A stretch of DNA of 64,000 bases from Oopsacas minuta (Eukaryota; Animalia; Porifera): the NCBI GenBank assembly GCA_024704765.1, contig JAKMXF010000318.1:248001-312000 (forward strand). Reading direction: 5' to 3'. The notes below the pieces were generated by a model. It saw only the letters and a program-made list of their open reading frames with translations. It did no database searches and was not told the DNA's origin. Positions within the stretch are counted from its first letter, which is position 1. Each line of letters starts with the position of its first letter. This document shows positions 31,925 through 43,800 of this stretch, in pieces. Position numbers and translations under genes: made by a program.

Positions 31925-34372
31925 ATGTCCTTGTTGGAACAGACCTTACAGATGGCTAACACCCTCTTAATGAGATACTGCATACCTCGTATTGTCTACC
32001 AAATATCAGACTGTGATTCTATTACTTTCATTGCACTGTTTGAGAGCATTACTCACTCAGCAGTCCCATCAGTCAACAGACTACCTTCTCTACCTCAAGA
32101 ACACGTGGATAATTATATTATTATCCTGTCACAGATATCTGTATTCCTACCTCAAGACATTAATCTTGATCATATCGATCCTACAGCTCTCTCCACACAC
32201 GATTCTATAAGTATACACAATCTATTGGAACTAATGAGTGTATTGGGAGAAATTCTTATAGAGAACTCATCTCCTCAATACGACAATACACCCTCTCCTC
32301 TGTTTGCGGATCCTCCTATGTACCCTGATATTATACCAGGGTTCTCTCAGGAGTCAGCTGGTATTCCTATGACGTCATATACCAACTTAAATGCTGATGA
32401 GCTGAGTTTAGACAGGTTCCAAGAGAAGATGGAGAGGTTACACGTGACAGATGACAGATATATGACAACCCAATCACCTAAGACATTCCAATTGTTGACA
32501 GATGTTGCTACGCCTGACATGAGAACAAATGGCTTATCTCATCACACTAGCCTAGAGTCAATAGAGATTTTATCTCTACCTTCTTCTCATTACGGAGAGC
32601 AAGATAGTGCAGATGAACGTCCTCTCTCTCCTCTCCCTCCTTTCCATGATGTGGATATACAGTCTCTAGCAGATACACAAGAAGTACCACAGATTAGCAT
32701 AACAGAGCTAGAACACACGAATAACACGACACAATCTCCTATCCCCTATCCCCCTGTTGTTATACTAAATAGAAGAAATGAAGGAACAGGTCCTCTTATA
32801 CCACTCAATTCAGTGCCACTACAGAGGATATTAACATCAGATTCTGATATATATCCAAGACCAGAACCTATACCTAGACCCTTCTCTCCTCCCCGTATTC
32901 TTTCTAATATGGATTCACCTAATCTGGAAATAAACTCTATTCTAATCTCAGAGGATAGCTTAGCTATAGAAACTGATCCTAACAAGACCCTCACCCCCCA
33001 AAGGACTCCTCACTCTATGAGCAAGAAGAAATATAAAACAGAGGATCTAGCTAGAATGGATTCTGATAACTATTGTATTGTTAAAGATGTACATCACGGA
33101 ATATTTGCCCCATTAACTAAACCAGGTATCACCCACAAGAGTCCATACTCTGTGCCTGTTATACAGAAAGGTAACAGTAAGACATTAGTCAGAACTCCTA
33201 GTAAACCTCTCAAGAGTCCTGGTAAGCTACAGCGGAGTAGTAATAAGAAGGATAAAGTTCAGTTCTCTCAGAGTACACAGTTCAGAGATCAGATACGTGA
33301 GATTGGTAAGGAACTACTTACTAATCTTAATGATACTATACAAGTAGGTGAGAAGGGAATTGAAGCTGAGAGGAGAGCAGAAGCTAATAATGCTACTGTC
33401 AGAAGGGACATATTGAAACACATGTATAGTCAATATATGAAAGATAAGAAACATGAACATAAGAATAGTAAGAAGGAAAATAAATCAAATCGCAAGAAAC
33501 AATGTGAAGAATTCTATGATATAACTAACACATCTTCTACACAAGATTACGTCACAGAATATGACATATCAAACTACGATCCTCCTCAAGATAGAGTTAC
33601 AAGGACAGATGATAACCTATTCCCTATGATAAAGAGAGAATTTCCTTATATGGAATTAAGTCCTACTGCATCACGGAGACTATGGAATAAACAGATACAT
33701 CAAATAGAATCTTTAACCAAATCAGCTAAACCTACACAAACTAAACAATACAGAGAGTTGTTGGAAGCTGAGAAGAGACAGATATCTACCATAGATATAT
33801 TAAATAAGGATCTGCAGCATGCCAGGAGGGTACGGGATATGCAAGCTAAGGCACATAGCGAACAGCTGATGAAATCTCAGTTGAGAGATCGACGTACTGC
33901 TCAAGCTAAATCCAAGCAGTACTACAAAGAATACGAGCTGAGGATGAAGTCTAGATTGCAGAAGAAGAGAACAAAAGAAGAGGTTGTTTTTCAAAAAATA
34001 TTCGAGGATGCTCTTGATATTCAGAAGGAGCGAGTTAAAGAGCTGAGACATTTCGCGAGGGAGAAGCAAGCTGTAGAAATGCAGGCACAACAAGATTCCC
34101 TACAATCTCTAGAGAATTACTATAAAGATAGATTCACGATGTTAACAGAAAAGATTACACGAGAAACCAGGGATGAGACTAAGAGAAAGAGAAACGAGAA
34201 TATTGAAACTAAAAAGATGAGAAGAGAGGGTAGACAGAGATTGGAGCAGGAAATACAAAAGTTACAGGACCATATTGATGATGTAGAGAATGACACTCAC
34301 TTCAGAGAGCTAGATGCTGTTAAATTTCGCGATAGCTTACGAGCAGCCACTTTCTTAGCACCAATAAAATAA
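31925..34372 (+). CDS. CEP95: Centrosomal protein of 95 kDa
   Basis: ANTLL..ISDCDSITFIALFESI N-terminal domain, LSHIDP-like segment, C-terminal coiled coil with KRTKEEVVFQKIFE and HFRELDA. Confidence 0.8.
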   Translation: MSLLEQTLQMANTLLMRYCIPRIVYQISDCDSITFIALFESITHSAVPSVNRLPSLPQEHVDNYIIILSQISVFLPQDINLDHIDPTALSTHDSISIHNLLELMSVLGEILIENSSPQYDNTPSPLFADPPMYPDIIPGFSQESAGIPMTSYTNLNADELSLDRFQEKMERLHVTDDRYMTTQSPKTFQLLTDVATPDMRTNGLSHHTSLESIEILSLPSSHYGEQDSADERPLSPLPPFHDVDIQSLADTQEVPQISITELEHTNNTTQSPIPYPPVVILNRRNEGTGPLIPLNSVPLQRILTSDSDIYPRPEPIPRPFSPPRILSNMDSPNLEINSILISEDSLAIETDPNKTLTPQRTPHSMSKKKYKTEDLARMDSDNYCIVKDVHHGIFAPLTKPGITHKSPYSVPVIQKGNSKTLVRTPSKPLKSPGKLQRSSNKKDKVQFSQSTQFRDQIREIGKELLTNLNDTIQVGEKGIEAERRAEANNATVRRDILKHMYSQYMKDKKHEHKNSKKENKSNRKKQCEEFYDITNTSSTQDYVTEYDISNYDPPQDRVTRTDDNLFPMIKREFPYMELSPTASRRLWNKQIHQIESLTKSAKPTQTKQYRELLEAEKRQISTIDILNKDLQHARRVRDMQAKAHSEQLMKSQLRDRRTAQAKSKQYYKEYELRMKSRLQKKRTKEEVVFQKIFEDALDIQKERVKELRHFAREKQAVEMQAQQDSLQSLENYYKDRFTMLTEKITRETRDETKRKRNENIETKKMRREGRQRLEQEIQKLQDHIDDVENDTHFRELDAVKFRDSLRAATFLAPIK

Positions 34373-34513
34373 CTTTCTATTAGCATATAAATATTGGTAT
34401 AAACAAGAAATGCATTACAATAAGCTATGTACTATTCTTATTATGCTAGTGACTTATTATCTCCTAATTTATAATTGAATTTATTACAACTTATCCATGG
34501 TTCTGTCTATAGT

Positions 34514-36487
34514 ATGCCGGCTAAGAAAGGATTTGAATGGTTGGGATTAGATGAAGATATTCTTAAAGGTGTTAGGAAGAAAGGTTATGTCACTCCTACT
34601 CCTATTCAGAAGAAAGCTATTCCTCTCGTCCTTGATGGTAGAGATGTGGTAGCGATGGCTAGGACAGGGTCAGGTAAAACAGCTGCTTACCTGTTACCAT
34701 TATTTCAACACCTATTATTACATTCAGACAGAATTGGTATAAAAGGATTGATTCTGTCTCCAACCAGAGAACTAGCTCAACAGATTTGGAAATTCTCCAA
34801 AGAATTAGGACATTTTCTTCCTTTCAAATTCGCACTCTTAACAGGAGGAGACAAGATAGAGAAACACTTCTCTCTTATCCATAGTACCCCTGACGTCATA
34901 ATAGCTACTCCAGGGAGATTACTACACCTACTTGTAGAGATGGAGCTAAAATTAGAAACTGTATCATTTGTAGTGCTAGATGAAGCTGATAGGTTATTTG
35001 AGTTAGGATTCTCAGAATCTCTTCATGAGATGTTTGCTAGAATACCTAGAGATAAACAGCTGTTACTATTCTCTGCTACATTACCGGAAATGGTAGCTGA
35101 ATTTGCTACAGCTAAACTAAATAATCCTATTCTCATACGTCTAGACTTGGAGCATAAATTGAGTCCATCTCTTAAACTAACAAACTTCCTAATTAGACAT
35201 GAGGATAAGGAAGCTGCTCTATTACATCTATTGAGAGTTATAATACCAGAGGATAATCTAACTGCTATATTCCTTCCTACACGTTGTCATGTGGAGTATT
35301 TTAAAGATCTGCTAACTGAGGCTAACTTGAAATGTTCCTATCTCTACAGCTCTCTAGATCATACGGCAAGGAAGATACAAACAGCTCTCTTCTTTAAGAA
35401 ACAAACCTCCTATCTACTCGTCACTGACATAGCAGCTCGTGGGATAGACATACCCTGGCTAGATAATGTTATTAACTTTGATCTTCCTCCACCTAAGATA
35501 TTCCTTCATAGGGTAGGGAGGGTGGCTAGAGCAGGGCGATTAGGAAATGCTTACTCTTTCATTTGCTTAGAAGAACTATCATATTTATTCGATTTAACAT
35601 TATTCTTAGGCTACCCATTGAAGAGTGTAGATACGACTAAGGAACAAAATGATGTACTGTACATAGGAGAAGTACCTAATACAGTTTTCTATTCTGAGAT
35701 TGATAAGATTAAGAGTATTAAAATGAATAACTCTAATATCGGAGTGCTAGAAGAAGCGAAGGACAGAGCTTATAAGAAATATTTGCAAACTAAACAATTG
35801 ACTAATATAGAGTCTGTTAGACGAGGCAAAGAGTTCATAGCTTCTAATGAACTACAGTGTCATTCTTTATTTGGTGATAAGAAGTCAGAGGATAGTGTTA
35901 TAGAGTTCCAGAAAGCTCTCAAGAACTTCAGGCCGTCTATGACTGTATTTGAAATACAGAATAGTAAAGGGAAGATGAGATTTAGAAATTCTGCTCAATC
36001 CAAACTATCAGCTGATTTTAAGGGGAAGGAACAGAATATTCGCACTGATTTTAAAGATAATACGTTTGTCAACTACGAGGCTAAAGATAGTTTTGTTAAC
36101 GAGCAATTATCAGTGACCAGGTCTATCAGGAATAATATACTAGATATGATGGGTGATGAGGATAACCTTACTGTAAGACCAAAGGGGAGTAAGTGGGATA
36201 GGAAAAGGAAGAGATTTGTGAATGCAGACAGTGAGAGTAAAGCAAAGAAAGTTAAATCAGAAAGTGGACAATGGATAAACGCTACTTATAAGACTGATAA
36301 CTATAAGAGATGGTTAGAGAAGAATAAAGTGCATTCGAATGATGCTCATAAGTTTATATCAAGGACAGATCATAAGCAGAGAGGTAAGTTATCTGCTAGA
36401 CAACCTCTTGGTAAGAAAGGAGGAAAGAGGAAAAACATAGCAAATAAACATAAGTCTGGTAAAAAAGTGAAAAAGTTTAGAAAATAG
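34514..36487 (+). CDS. DDX54: DEAD-box RNA helicase DDX54/Dbp10
   Basis: MARTGSGKT, PTRELAQQ, DEAD, SAT, HRVGRVARAGR; DBP10CT (KWDRKRKRFV, KSESGQWINATYKT). Confidence 0.93.
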   Translation: MPAKKGFEWLGLDEDILKGVRKKGYVTPTPIQKKAIPLVLDGRDVVAMARTGSGKTAAYLLPLFQHLLLHSDRIGIKGLILSPTRELAQQIWKFSKELGHFLPFKFALLTGGDKIEKHFSLIHSTPDVIIATPGRLLHLLVEMELKLETVSFVVLDEADRLFELGFSESLHEMFARIPRDKQLLLFSATLPEMVAEFATAKLNNPILIRLDLEHKLSPSLKLTNFLIRHEDKEAALLHLLRVIIPEDNLTAIFLPTRCHVEYFKDLLTEANLKCSYLYSSLDHTARKIQTALFFKKQTSYLLVTDIAARGIDIPWLDNVINFDLPPPKIFLHRVGRVARAGRLGNAYSFICLEELSYLFDLTLFLGYPLKSVDTTKEQNDVLYIGEVPNTVFYSEIDKIKSIKMNNSNIGVLEEAKDRAYKKYLQTKQLTNIESVRRGKEFIASNELQCHSLFGDKKSEDSVIEFQKALKNFRPSMTVFEIQNSKGKMRFRNSAQSKLSADFKGKEQNIRTDFKDNTFVNYEAKDSFVNEQLSVTRSIRNNILDMMGDEDNLTVRPKGSKWDRKRKRFVNADSESKAKKVKSESGQWINATYKTDNYKRWLEKNKVHSNDAHKFISRTDHKQRGKLSARQPLGKKGGKRKNIANKHKSGKKVKKFRK

Positions 36488-36698
36488 AATCGATTCTTGT
36501 TAACTTCAACAATTATACATAATTTAGTATGTTTCTTATTGTTTGTATTTGTAACTTCCACAAACGGGGCCTGTGATAAGGAGGAACTTTAGCCAATTCC
36601 TAGTCCCATACAAATGTGCCTACACAAACGTGGTAACCTTTTTCGGCGTCACTGTATTTATGCAAGAGTGTATAACAAATTAGATAATTATCTTTCAA

Positions 36699-39600
36699 AT
36701 GAACTCTGACAGTGAGATCTCATCAGTAGACTCTCTTCTCAATAAACTCGATCTGAGCGATAAAATCAAATCAAGAATATCAACGGTATTCGCATCAGAA
36801 GGATTGAATGATCTATCTTTAAATACTATAATAGAGTTTAGTGATAAAGAGCTGAAGGATATTGGATTAACTTTATTAGAAAGAAAGTCTTATACCAAAG
36901 CTTTAGGCAATATAATATGGATACAATATTTTGATAGTATTAGCTTGCTAGCGAATGAACACGTTACAGAGTCTTTGAAGTATCCTAAGCTAGCTGGTAT
37001 TTGTAAAGAATTCTTCTCTCTTATCATCCACGTAGTCTATCAATTCGAGCATATGGATTTACAGGTTAATTGTACCAGGGATACAGACTTATATTTGTCG
37101 ATATTCGATCAGACTTCACCGGATGCTTTCTATCTGCAAGCATTAGAAGTAAGGTGTCTGTTACAACAGAGATTAATTGATTTGAAAGATTCTGCCTATC
37201 ACTTCTATAACTATAAAACAGACTATGCAGAACAGTTATGGTCTAAAGAGGCTTGTAAACACATAAATATACTGATCAGAGAGATAGATGCATATTCTGA
37301 GAGATTGATTGTAGCTTGCACTAGACCACCTAGACTGTACTTATTCTTTGAAGCGTTAGAATTGAATAAGAAAGAAAGACTAGCTCTTCTGTATATTATA
37401 TTTAATAATATGCCTTCTTCATTATTCGCGAGGAATTGTCGTGAATGTGTTGAAAAGCGCACTCAGGGACCTCTAGGAGGATCCATGCAGGCTCTGGCGT
37501 CAATTTTCGCAGAATTCACACCCTATGAGAATCTGTCCTTTTTCCATATGTCAGACCGTATTCACCTTAAGCAGGAATTATTCGAAACGGACGACTTTAC
37601 TACACTCCTGGACGCTCCCCTTCTTAAAATATCTCCTCAGACCTTATACTCTCTGTGCGGGGGAGAACTTACCCCTGATGACTTCTACAAGATAGACAAG
37701 ACTGCTCTAGCTGATATTCTATTGCTAGAGGATAGCAGTAAATTGTCTGACGTCATGCTGACTACTCATGAGTCATCAGAGAGTGATGAAGATTATCATC
37801 AATCTACCAAAAATGGAGATGTGAAAGCTGGTATGGAGGATCTAGCTATAGTCAATTCTAAGCCTGATTCAGTTAAACCTGACTCTTCTGTATCAGAACA
37901 CGGAGACGATGCCTCTAGCTTTCAAGCATACACAACTGATCTAGAGTATCTACAGGATAACCTAGAGTACATATCAGCACTGATAAAAGTACAACAAGCA
38001 AGTAGTGAGGATAATAATCTTATTCATCAGAAGAAATCAGCAGAAGTAGTGACTAGAGAGCATCAGGCTAAAGCTAGAGCTATGAGGTCTAAAGTAGAGC
38101 GTCGTCTACAAGTTACACTTCATAGTGATAAGTTTAAACCTAAGCTAGAGACTCTGAGTGCTACACACGGATTGTGTGGATTTGAGAAAGAAGTTCTGTT
38201 GATTCTATGCGGTGCAGTTGTATCACCAAAGTTCCAACAGACTGTTAACGATTTGATTGGGGTTAAGAGTTATTTTATGTCACGCCTATCTATCGGTATG
38301 ATAATTAGTATTCTATCTAATGACGTCAGGAAGCAGATAGAGGCTAGAGTACATTTCTACAAGTCTGGGAAGCTTGTTAAGAACGGATTTGTGAGGGTAA
38401 TTGATAACATATTCCGTAAGAGTAATATCCTAGACTGTGAGGTGTTGATAGATAGACAGATGTTAGACTATATAGTAGGTCTAGACACAGAGATAGGAGA
38501 GCTAGTGGATGGTAGCGAGCTAATAACCCCCAAGATAACGCTTGATAAAGTATCGCTACCCCCTGACGTCAAGAGCTCTATCATACACTCTGTGCAGTCT
38601 CATGAAAAGTTTAAAGAGATAGTTGGTGAGCTTGAGTTAGGCAATAAGAGTTCTATATCACATTTCAATAAAGGACTAAGGATGCTGTTTCATGGACCAC
38701 CAGGCACAGGTAAGACTATGACAGCTCATGGACTGGCAAACCATTTAGGTAAGAAGCTGTTAACGATCGGTTTATCGTCTTTCCCAGAAGATATATCATT
38801 CTCTGAATTTTTAAAGTTTTTATTCAGAGAATGTAAGATACACAATGCTATACTATTCTTTGATGAGTGTGAGTTGTTGTTTCATAGTCGTGATATTTCG
38901 CGAAATGACATACTTTCATCTCTACTCACAGACATAGAAGATCACACAGGTATTATTATCCTAGCAACCAATAGGCCTGCTAATCTTGATGAAGCATTCC
39001 ATCGCCGCATTCAGTTGTCAGTACCGTTCACTATCCCAGACTTCAAACTCAGAGCTCAGATCTGGGAGTCTCATGTACCACATAACATGGTTGACGTCAT
39101 AGATTGGGAGGAGCTAGCTAGTAACTGTGAACTGACCGGAGGCCTGATAAAGAACGCTGTATTGAGTGCTATAGCTGTAGCTATAGAGAGACAGGAGACT
39201 CCTCTTAAACTTACATTACAGGATCTGTCTAAAGGAGCGAAAAAACAGCTGAGAAATATGCTAGAAATGTGTGATTTTGAACATCGTGTTATACCGGATA
39301 CAGGTTTCAATGGACTAGCTTTTAACGCTGAGGTTATGGCAGAGCTATCAGAGTTTGTAAAGGCTGCTAAATCCAGTAGACTCCTGTCTACTCAGTGGGG
39401 GTTTGGCACTTCTAAGGCTAATTCTGCGCTTTGTGGCAGCTTAACAGCTATACTATGGGGTGTCAGTGGATCTGGTAAGACTTCAGTAGCACACGCATTA
39501 GCTTATGAACTGAGTCAACCGCTAAAAGTCGCGAATGTATGCGAACTGTTAGCACACGGGAAAACTAACGTTAACAGGAATAGAAGTTTAGCTGTATTCT

Positions 39601-40103
39601 TTGAAGAAGCTAAACTAGCTAATGCTATGATTCTATTAGAAGATGCTGATCCTATTCTAACCATGGATTGTCAGAACTCATCAGGCATTACTCATCTATT
39701 GGAGTATGATCTATTCGGATTATTCTACGAAATACGACAGTTCTCAGGACCTCTCGTACTAACTACAAAGCTCAATAAGGATAGGATTAATGACTTTATT
39801 CAAAAGTCTATACGGTTTGTCATAGGGTTACCAGGACCTACATACGATCTACGCAGAGAACTTTGGGAGAAACTAATCCCTAGTACTACCCCTGTAGAAG
39901 GAGAGATAGATTTTGAGAAGTTAGCTCAAGAGTTCAATTTGAATGGAGGAGGGATTAATGTAGCTATTAATCAAGCAGCGATGCGTGCAGCAGCTAGACA
40001 GGGAGATAAGATCGCTCTCACACAAGAGGACCTGTTAAATGCCGCGAACGAGATTTGTATTAAACTATCTGATACTTTTAATCACACTAGTTTGTATCAA
40101 TAG
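36699..40103 (+). CDS. Tandem AAA+ ATPase with a bacterial-type winged-helix N-domain
   Basis: D1: GPPGTGKT, ILFFDE, ATN, AFHRR; D2: GVSGSGKT, MILLED; upstream HGLCGFEKEVLLILC and LIDRQMLDYIVG segments. Confidence 0.8.
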   Translation: MNSDSEISSVDSLLNKLDLSDKIKSRISTVFASEGLNDLSLNTIIEFSDKELKDIGLTLLERKSYTKALGNIIWIQYFDSISLLANEHVTESLKYPKLAGICKEFFSLIIHVVYQFEHMDLQVNCTRDTDLYLSIFDQTSPDAFYLQALEVRCLLQQRLIDLKDSAYHFYNYKTDYAEQLWSKEACKHINILIREIDAYSERLIVACTRPPRLYLFFEALELNKKERLALLYIIFNNMPSSLFARNCRECVEKRTQGPLGGSMQALASIFAEFTPYENLSFFHMSDRIHLKQELFETDDFTTLLDAPLLKISPQTLYSLCGGELTPDDFYKIDKTALADILLLEDSSKLSDVMLTTHESSESDEDYHQSTKNGDVKAGMEDLAIVNSKPDSVKPDSSVSEHGDDASSFQAYTTDLEYLQDNLEYISALIKVQQASSEDNNLIHQKKSAEVVTREHQAKARAMRSKVERRLQVTLHSDKFKPKLETLSATHGLCGFEKEVLLILCGAVVSPKFQQTVNDLIGVKSYFMSRLSIGMIISILSNDVRKQIEARVHFYKSGKLVKNGFVRVIDNIFRKSNILDCEVLIDRQMLDYIVGLDTEIGELVDGSELITPKITLDKVSLPPDVKSSIIHSVQSHEKFKEIVGELELGNKSSISHFNKGLRMLFHGPPGTGKTMTAHGLANHLGKKLLTIGLSSFPEDISFSEFLKFLFRECKIHNAILFFDECELLFHSRDISRNDILSSLLTDIEDHTGIIILATNRPANLDEAFHRRIQLSVPFTIPDFKLRAQIWESHVPHNMVDVIDWEELASNCELTGGLIKNAVLSAIAVAIERQETPLKLTLQDLSKGAKKQLRNMLEMCDFEHRVIPDTGFNGLAFNAEVMAELSEFVKAAKSSRLLSTQWGFGTSKANSALCGSLTAILWGVSGSGKTSVAHALAYELSQPLKVANVCELLAHGKTNVNRNRSLAVFFEEAKLANAMILLEDADPILTMDCQNSSGITHLLEYDLFGLFYEIRQFSGPLVLTTKLNKDRINDFIQKSIRFVIGLPGPTYDLRRELWEKLIPSTTPVEGEIDFEKLAQEFNLNGGGINVAINQAAMRAAARQGDKIALTQEDLLNAANEICIKLSDTFNHTSLYQ

Positions 40104-40302
40104 CAGAGCCTTGCATGTACTGATAGGAATATTTCGTATCATTCATAGAGTATCAGTTGTAGATATTATCCATTTTACATGGCTCGTATTTGAAGACTTG
40201 TATGTATATATTCTTATAAGATATAGTTACACAAAATATTAGGAATAATAGCTCGAACTAAGAATGGATAAAAGTCTCAAATAAATATACATTATTCATT
40301 AA

Positions 40303-40803
40303 TTATTTCCAGCCTCTGCCTTCGAAGTTGTCGAATGCGTTATGTACCTTCACAACTTCTGCCATGTGTAGTCCCGTATCTCCAGCAAGGATACTTTTCT
40401 GGAAGAGTAAGACCCCTAGGGCCTGGGGGAGGAGTAACATCCGTTTGTTCCTTAGTACCCCGTCAACGATACTGTCTACTGCCTCCTCGGGACTGTAGGA
40501 CTTAATAGTAGATCCCCTTTGAGCACCCTTGGCTAGAGGGGTGGATACAAAGTAAGGATGAACACAGGATATAAATATTCCCTTGGGGTTTGATATAGTA
40601 GCTAGCTTCTTCATGTTAAATAATTCGCAGTACAGAGACTCGGTTAGACCTGTAACCGCGAATTTAGAAGCGCAATAGGGGGCTAATCTGCTCACACCGA
40701 ATAGACCAGCTGATGAGGATATTGACACGATATGACCTCTGTTCCTCTCTAGCATACCGGGCAGGAAGGACTTTATTGTCCAGAAATTGGACATGATATT
40801 AAT
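40303..40803 (-). CDS. Exon 2 of a short-chain dehydrogenase/reductase (SDR16C, RDH10/HSD17B11-like)
   Basis: Acceptor TTATAG| at 40804 gives INIMSNFWTIKSFLPGM; GHIVSISS, catalytic YCASK. Confidence 0.88.
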   Translation of the reverse strand: MNIMSNFWTIKSFLPGMLERNRGHIVSISSSAGLFGVSRLAPYCASKFAVTGLTESLYCELFNMKKLATISNPKGIFISCVHPYFVSTPLAKGAQRGSTIKSYSPEEAVDSIVDGVLRNKRMLLLPQALGVLLFQKSILAGDTGLHMAEVVKVHNAFDNFEGRGWK

Positions 40804-40836
40804 CTATAACAAATAATAATAATAAATTAGTTATTA

Positions 40837-43800
40837 ATGGAGGAAGAATTGAATAAACTCAAACAGAAGATTAAGCTATGGGAACATGGGTTCAAATCTA
40901 GAGAGGGTAGGGCTCCTGATAAGTCGGATATAGACAAGAGTGATACTAAGGAAGATTATCTAAGATATAATCAGCTGAAGATACACAAACTAAATTGTAA
41001 TAAAGAGATTGATAATAAAAACAAGATTCCTGAATGGAAAAAGTTAAGTACAAAAAGCTTCTCTTTGGAAAGAAATAGAAAAGTTCAGAAGGAAAGTTCA
41101 GTTGTAAAAGTTATAGACATTACCTCAGAAGAGATTGTAAATAATCCAATTTCACAGCCAGAGCTGAGTAATGAGAATATTAGCTTGACAAATGACAGGC
41201 CAAATCATGTACATATTCCTGCTCCCTCCAGTTTAACATCCATGAAGAGAGTACCCTCTCAAGAGGACACACAGTCACCCACACGTATACCACAACATTA
41301 TAACTTAGTACAGAAACAAAAGGCCCGTGAGTTATACAGCAGGACAATATCTACAGAATGGATAGACAGACATAGTGCTGATATAGGTGAAGATATATGC
41401 AACCCGAATACTTGTAACAACAGCTCTTATAACCAAAACAGAAATATAATTAAAGAACCTATAGCATCTACTCTATTTACTAGGCTGTATGAAGTAGACA
41501 CACCCCGAGAGGACACCCCTCTGATGAATTTAGGGATAGAGGAGCTGATTGAGAAGTGTTCTAATCAACAGCTGATAGAACCAGATATTACCCACAAGAG
41601 TGACATCCCTCCTTCTAATAGCAGTATAGAACCAACTACTAGCAATGTTACAACAGTGGAATGCAGTGTAACAGAGGAATCTAGTGTTCGAGACGATGTG
41701 ACTGAGCTCTTAGAAGAATCAGAATTGTTAGAAATAGAACACTTTAATGATATAACTCTGGATAAAGATGAAAATATTATAGATCAGAAATCTAACAAAG
41801 ATATCTCTTCTCTAGCTCTAGAAATAACAGATACTCCCTGTACACATAATTTAGAAGTAAGCGAGGTTATAACTGGACAGAAGAGAACAAGGAAATCAGC
41901 TGTTCCAAGCTCAAAGCGTCCTAAACTCAACAATTCTCTTAGTGATAATTTTGTGAGATTGGATCTGAGAAGGAAGCATTATAAAGCTAAAGGTAGAGGG
42001 ATGTCTGCAAAGACCTATAAAAGGAATATGTTTAAGAAGAAACAATTCGATAATGATCGTGGGGGTGTGTCACACAGGGGTGGGGGTATGGGTAAGGGGA
42101 CTAGATGCTTTAAGTGTGGAGAGGTAGGACATTGGGCTAGGAACTGCTCCAAGAAAGTAGCAGAGAATGATTTGGGTAAATTCGCGGGAGAGGCTTGTAG
42201 TTACCAGGATACTGATACGTGTGCTGAAGATGAACAAGAAATATTTGAGTCTCCTCTCCCTACGTTAGAGGAGGCTGGGCTTATGGCTCAAGGCAAGACT
42301 CTAACAGAAATAAGAGACACAGGAGATAGAGAAGATAGCATACACATACCAATGGGTGCTATGGTTACTATGAACAATACTATAATAAGACAGGAAATAG
42401 ACCCGCTATTCCCAGAAGACATGACTCAGAGAGAGATAGAGGATAGATTGGATACAGCTCTTAAGACCCTTAATCACACCAGCTTCAGAGAGGGACAGAG
42501 ACAAGCTGTAACGAGGATACTACAGGGCAGATCCACTCTTGTACTGTTAGGTACAGGAGGTGGTAAATCCCTCTGTTATCAACTACCAGCTATGATGTAT
42601 GCACAGAGACAGAGCTCTACTGTACTAGTTGTATCACCGTTAGTATCATTAATGGAAGATCAGTGCTTACACATGCCATCTGTAATCAGTGCTACTTGTC
42701 TACATACTAATCAAACTCCAAAGCAGAGAGAGAAAATACTACTAGCTATGAAGGAGAATAAGTTCTCTGTAATATTACTGTCTCCAGAGATGATAGCTTC
42801 TCAGGAGAAGAATGTTAGCGAAGTGTTCTCTCTCCTCCCTCCTATCCCATTCGTGTGTATAGATGAGGTACATTGCCTGTCTCAATGGTCTCATAACTTT
42901 AGACCCTCCTACTTGAGACTGTGTAAGCTAATCAAGGAGAGGTTTGAAGTCAGCTGTATCCTGGCTCTAACAGCTACTGCTACTATTAATACTGTTAATG
43001 ATCTAATGACTCGTCTGAGAATAACCAATGAAGATGGAGTTATAAAAGGGCCTATACTACCCAGCAATCTTAACCTGTCTGTATCTCGGTCACAAGATCG
43101 TGATAATGCTCTTATAGAATTGTTTAATACAGACAGATACACAAATCTAACTTCTATAATAGTCTATTGTATTAGACAGAAAGAGACTGAGAGAATAGCA
43201 CAACTCCTACGTATCTGTTTATCCGACCCTTCTACAGGGAAATCCTCTATCTCTAGAGTAGCAGAGTGTTACCATGCTGGTATGACAGCACACAAACGAA
43301 ATCAGGTACAGAAAGGATTCATGACTGGTAAGCTTAAGATAGTAGTAGCTACTCTAGCTTTTGGTATGGGACTTAATAAATCTGACGTCAGAGCTATAAT
43401 ACACTACAATATGCCTAGCAGCTGTGAAAACTATGTACAAGAGGTAGGGAGAGCAGGGAGAGATGGAGTGACGTCATATTGTCGTGTGTTCCTTGATGCG
43501 GATAATGCGGATCTCAGTGAGTTAAGGAAACATGCTTATGCTAATGGAATGGATAAACAAAGTATTAAGGGTTTCGTTAAGGCTGTGTTCCCAGCTTGTG
43601 AGTGTGAATTTTTGCGAGATAACAATATAGAGTGTCCCGGTCATAAAGTAGGACTGAGTATTGACAGGTCTGTGACAGATTTTGACATACCAGAAGGCAG
43701 TCTAGGAACAATGCTATGTTACTGTGAAGAGAGAGGATGGATAGATTTGTCTAGACAGCAGTATGATACCTGTCATATCAAATGCTACGGGAGAGAAAAA

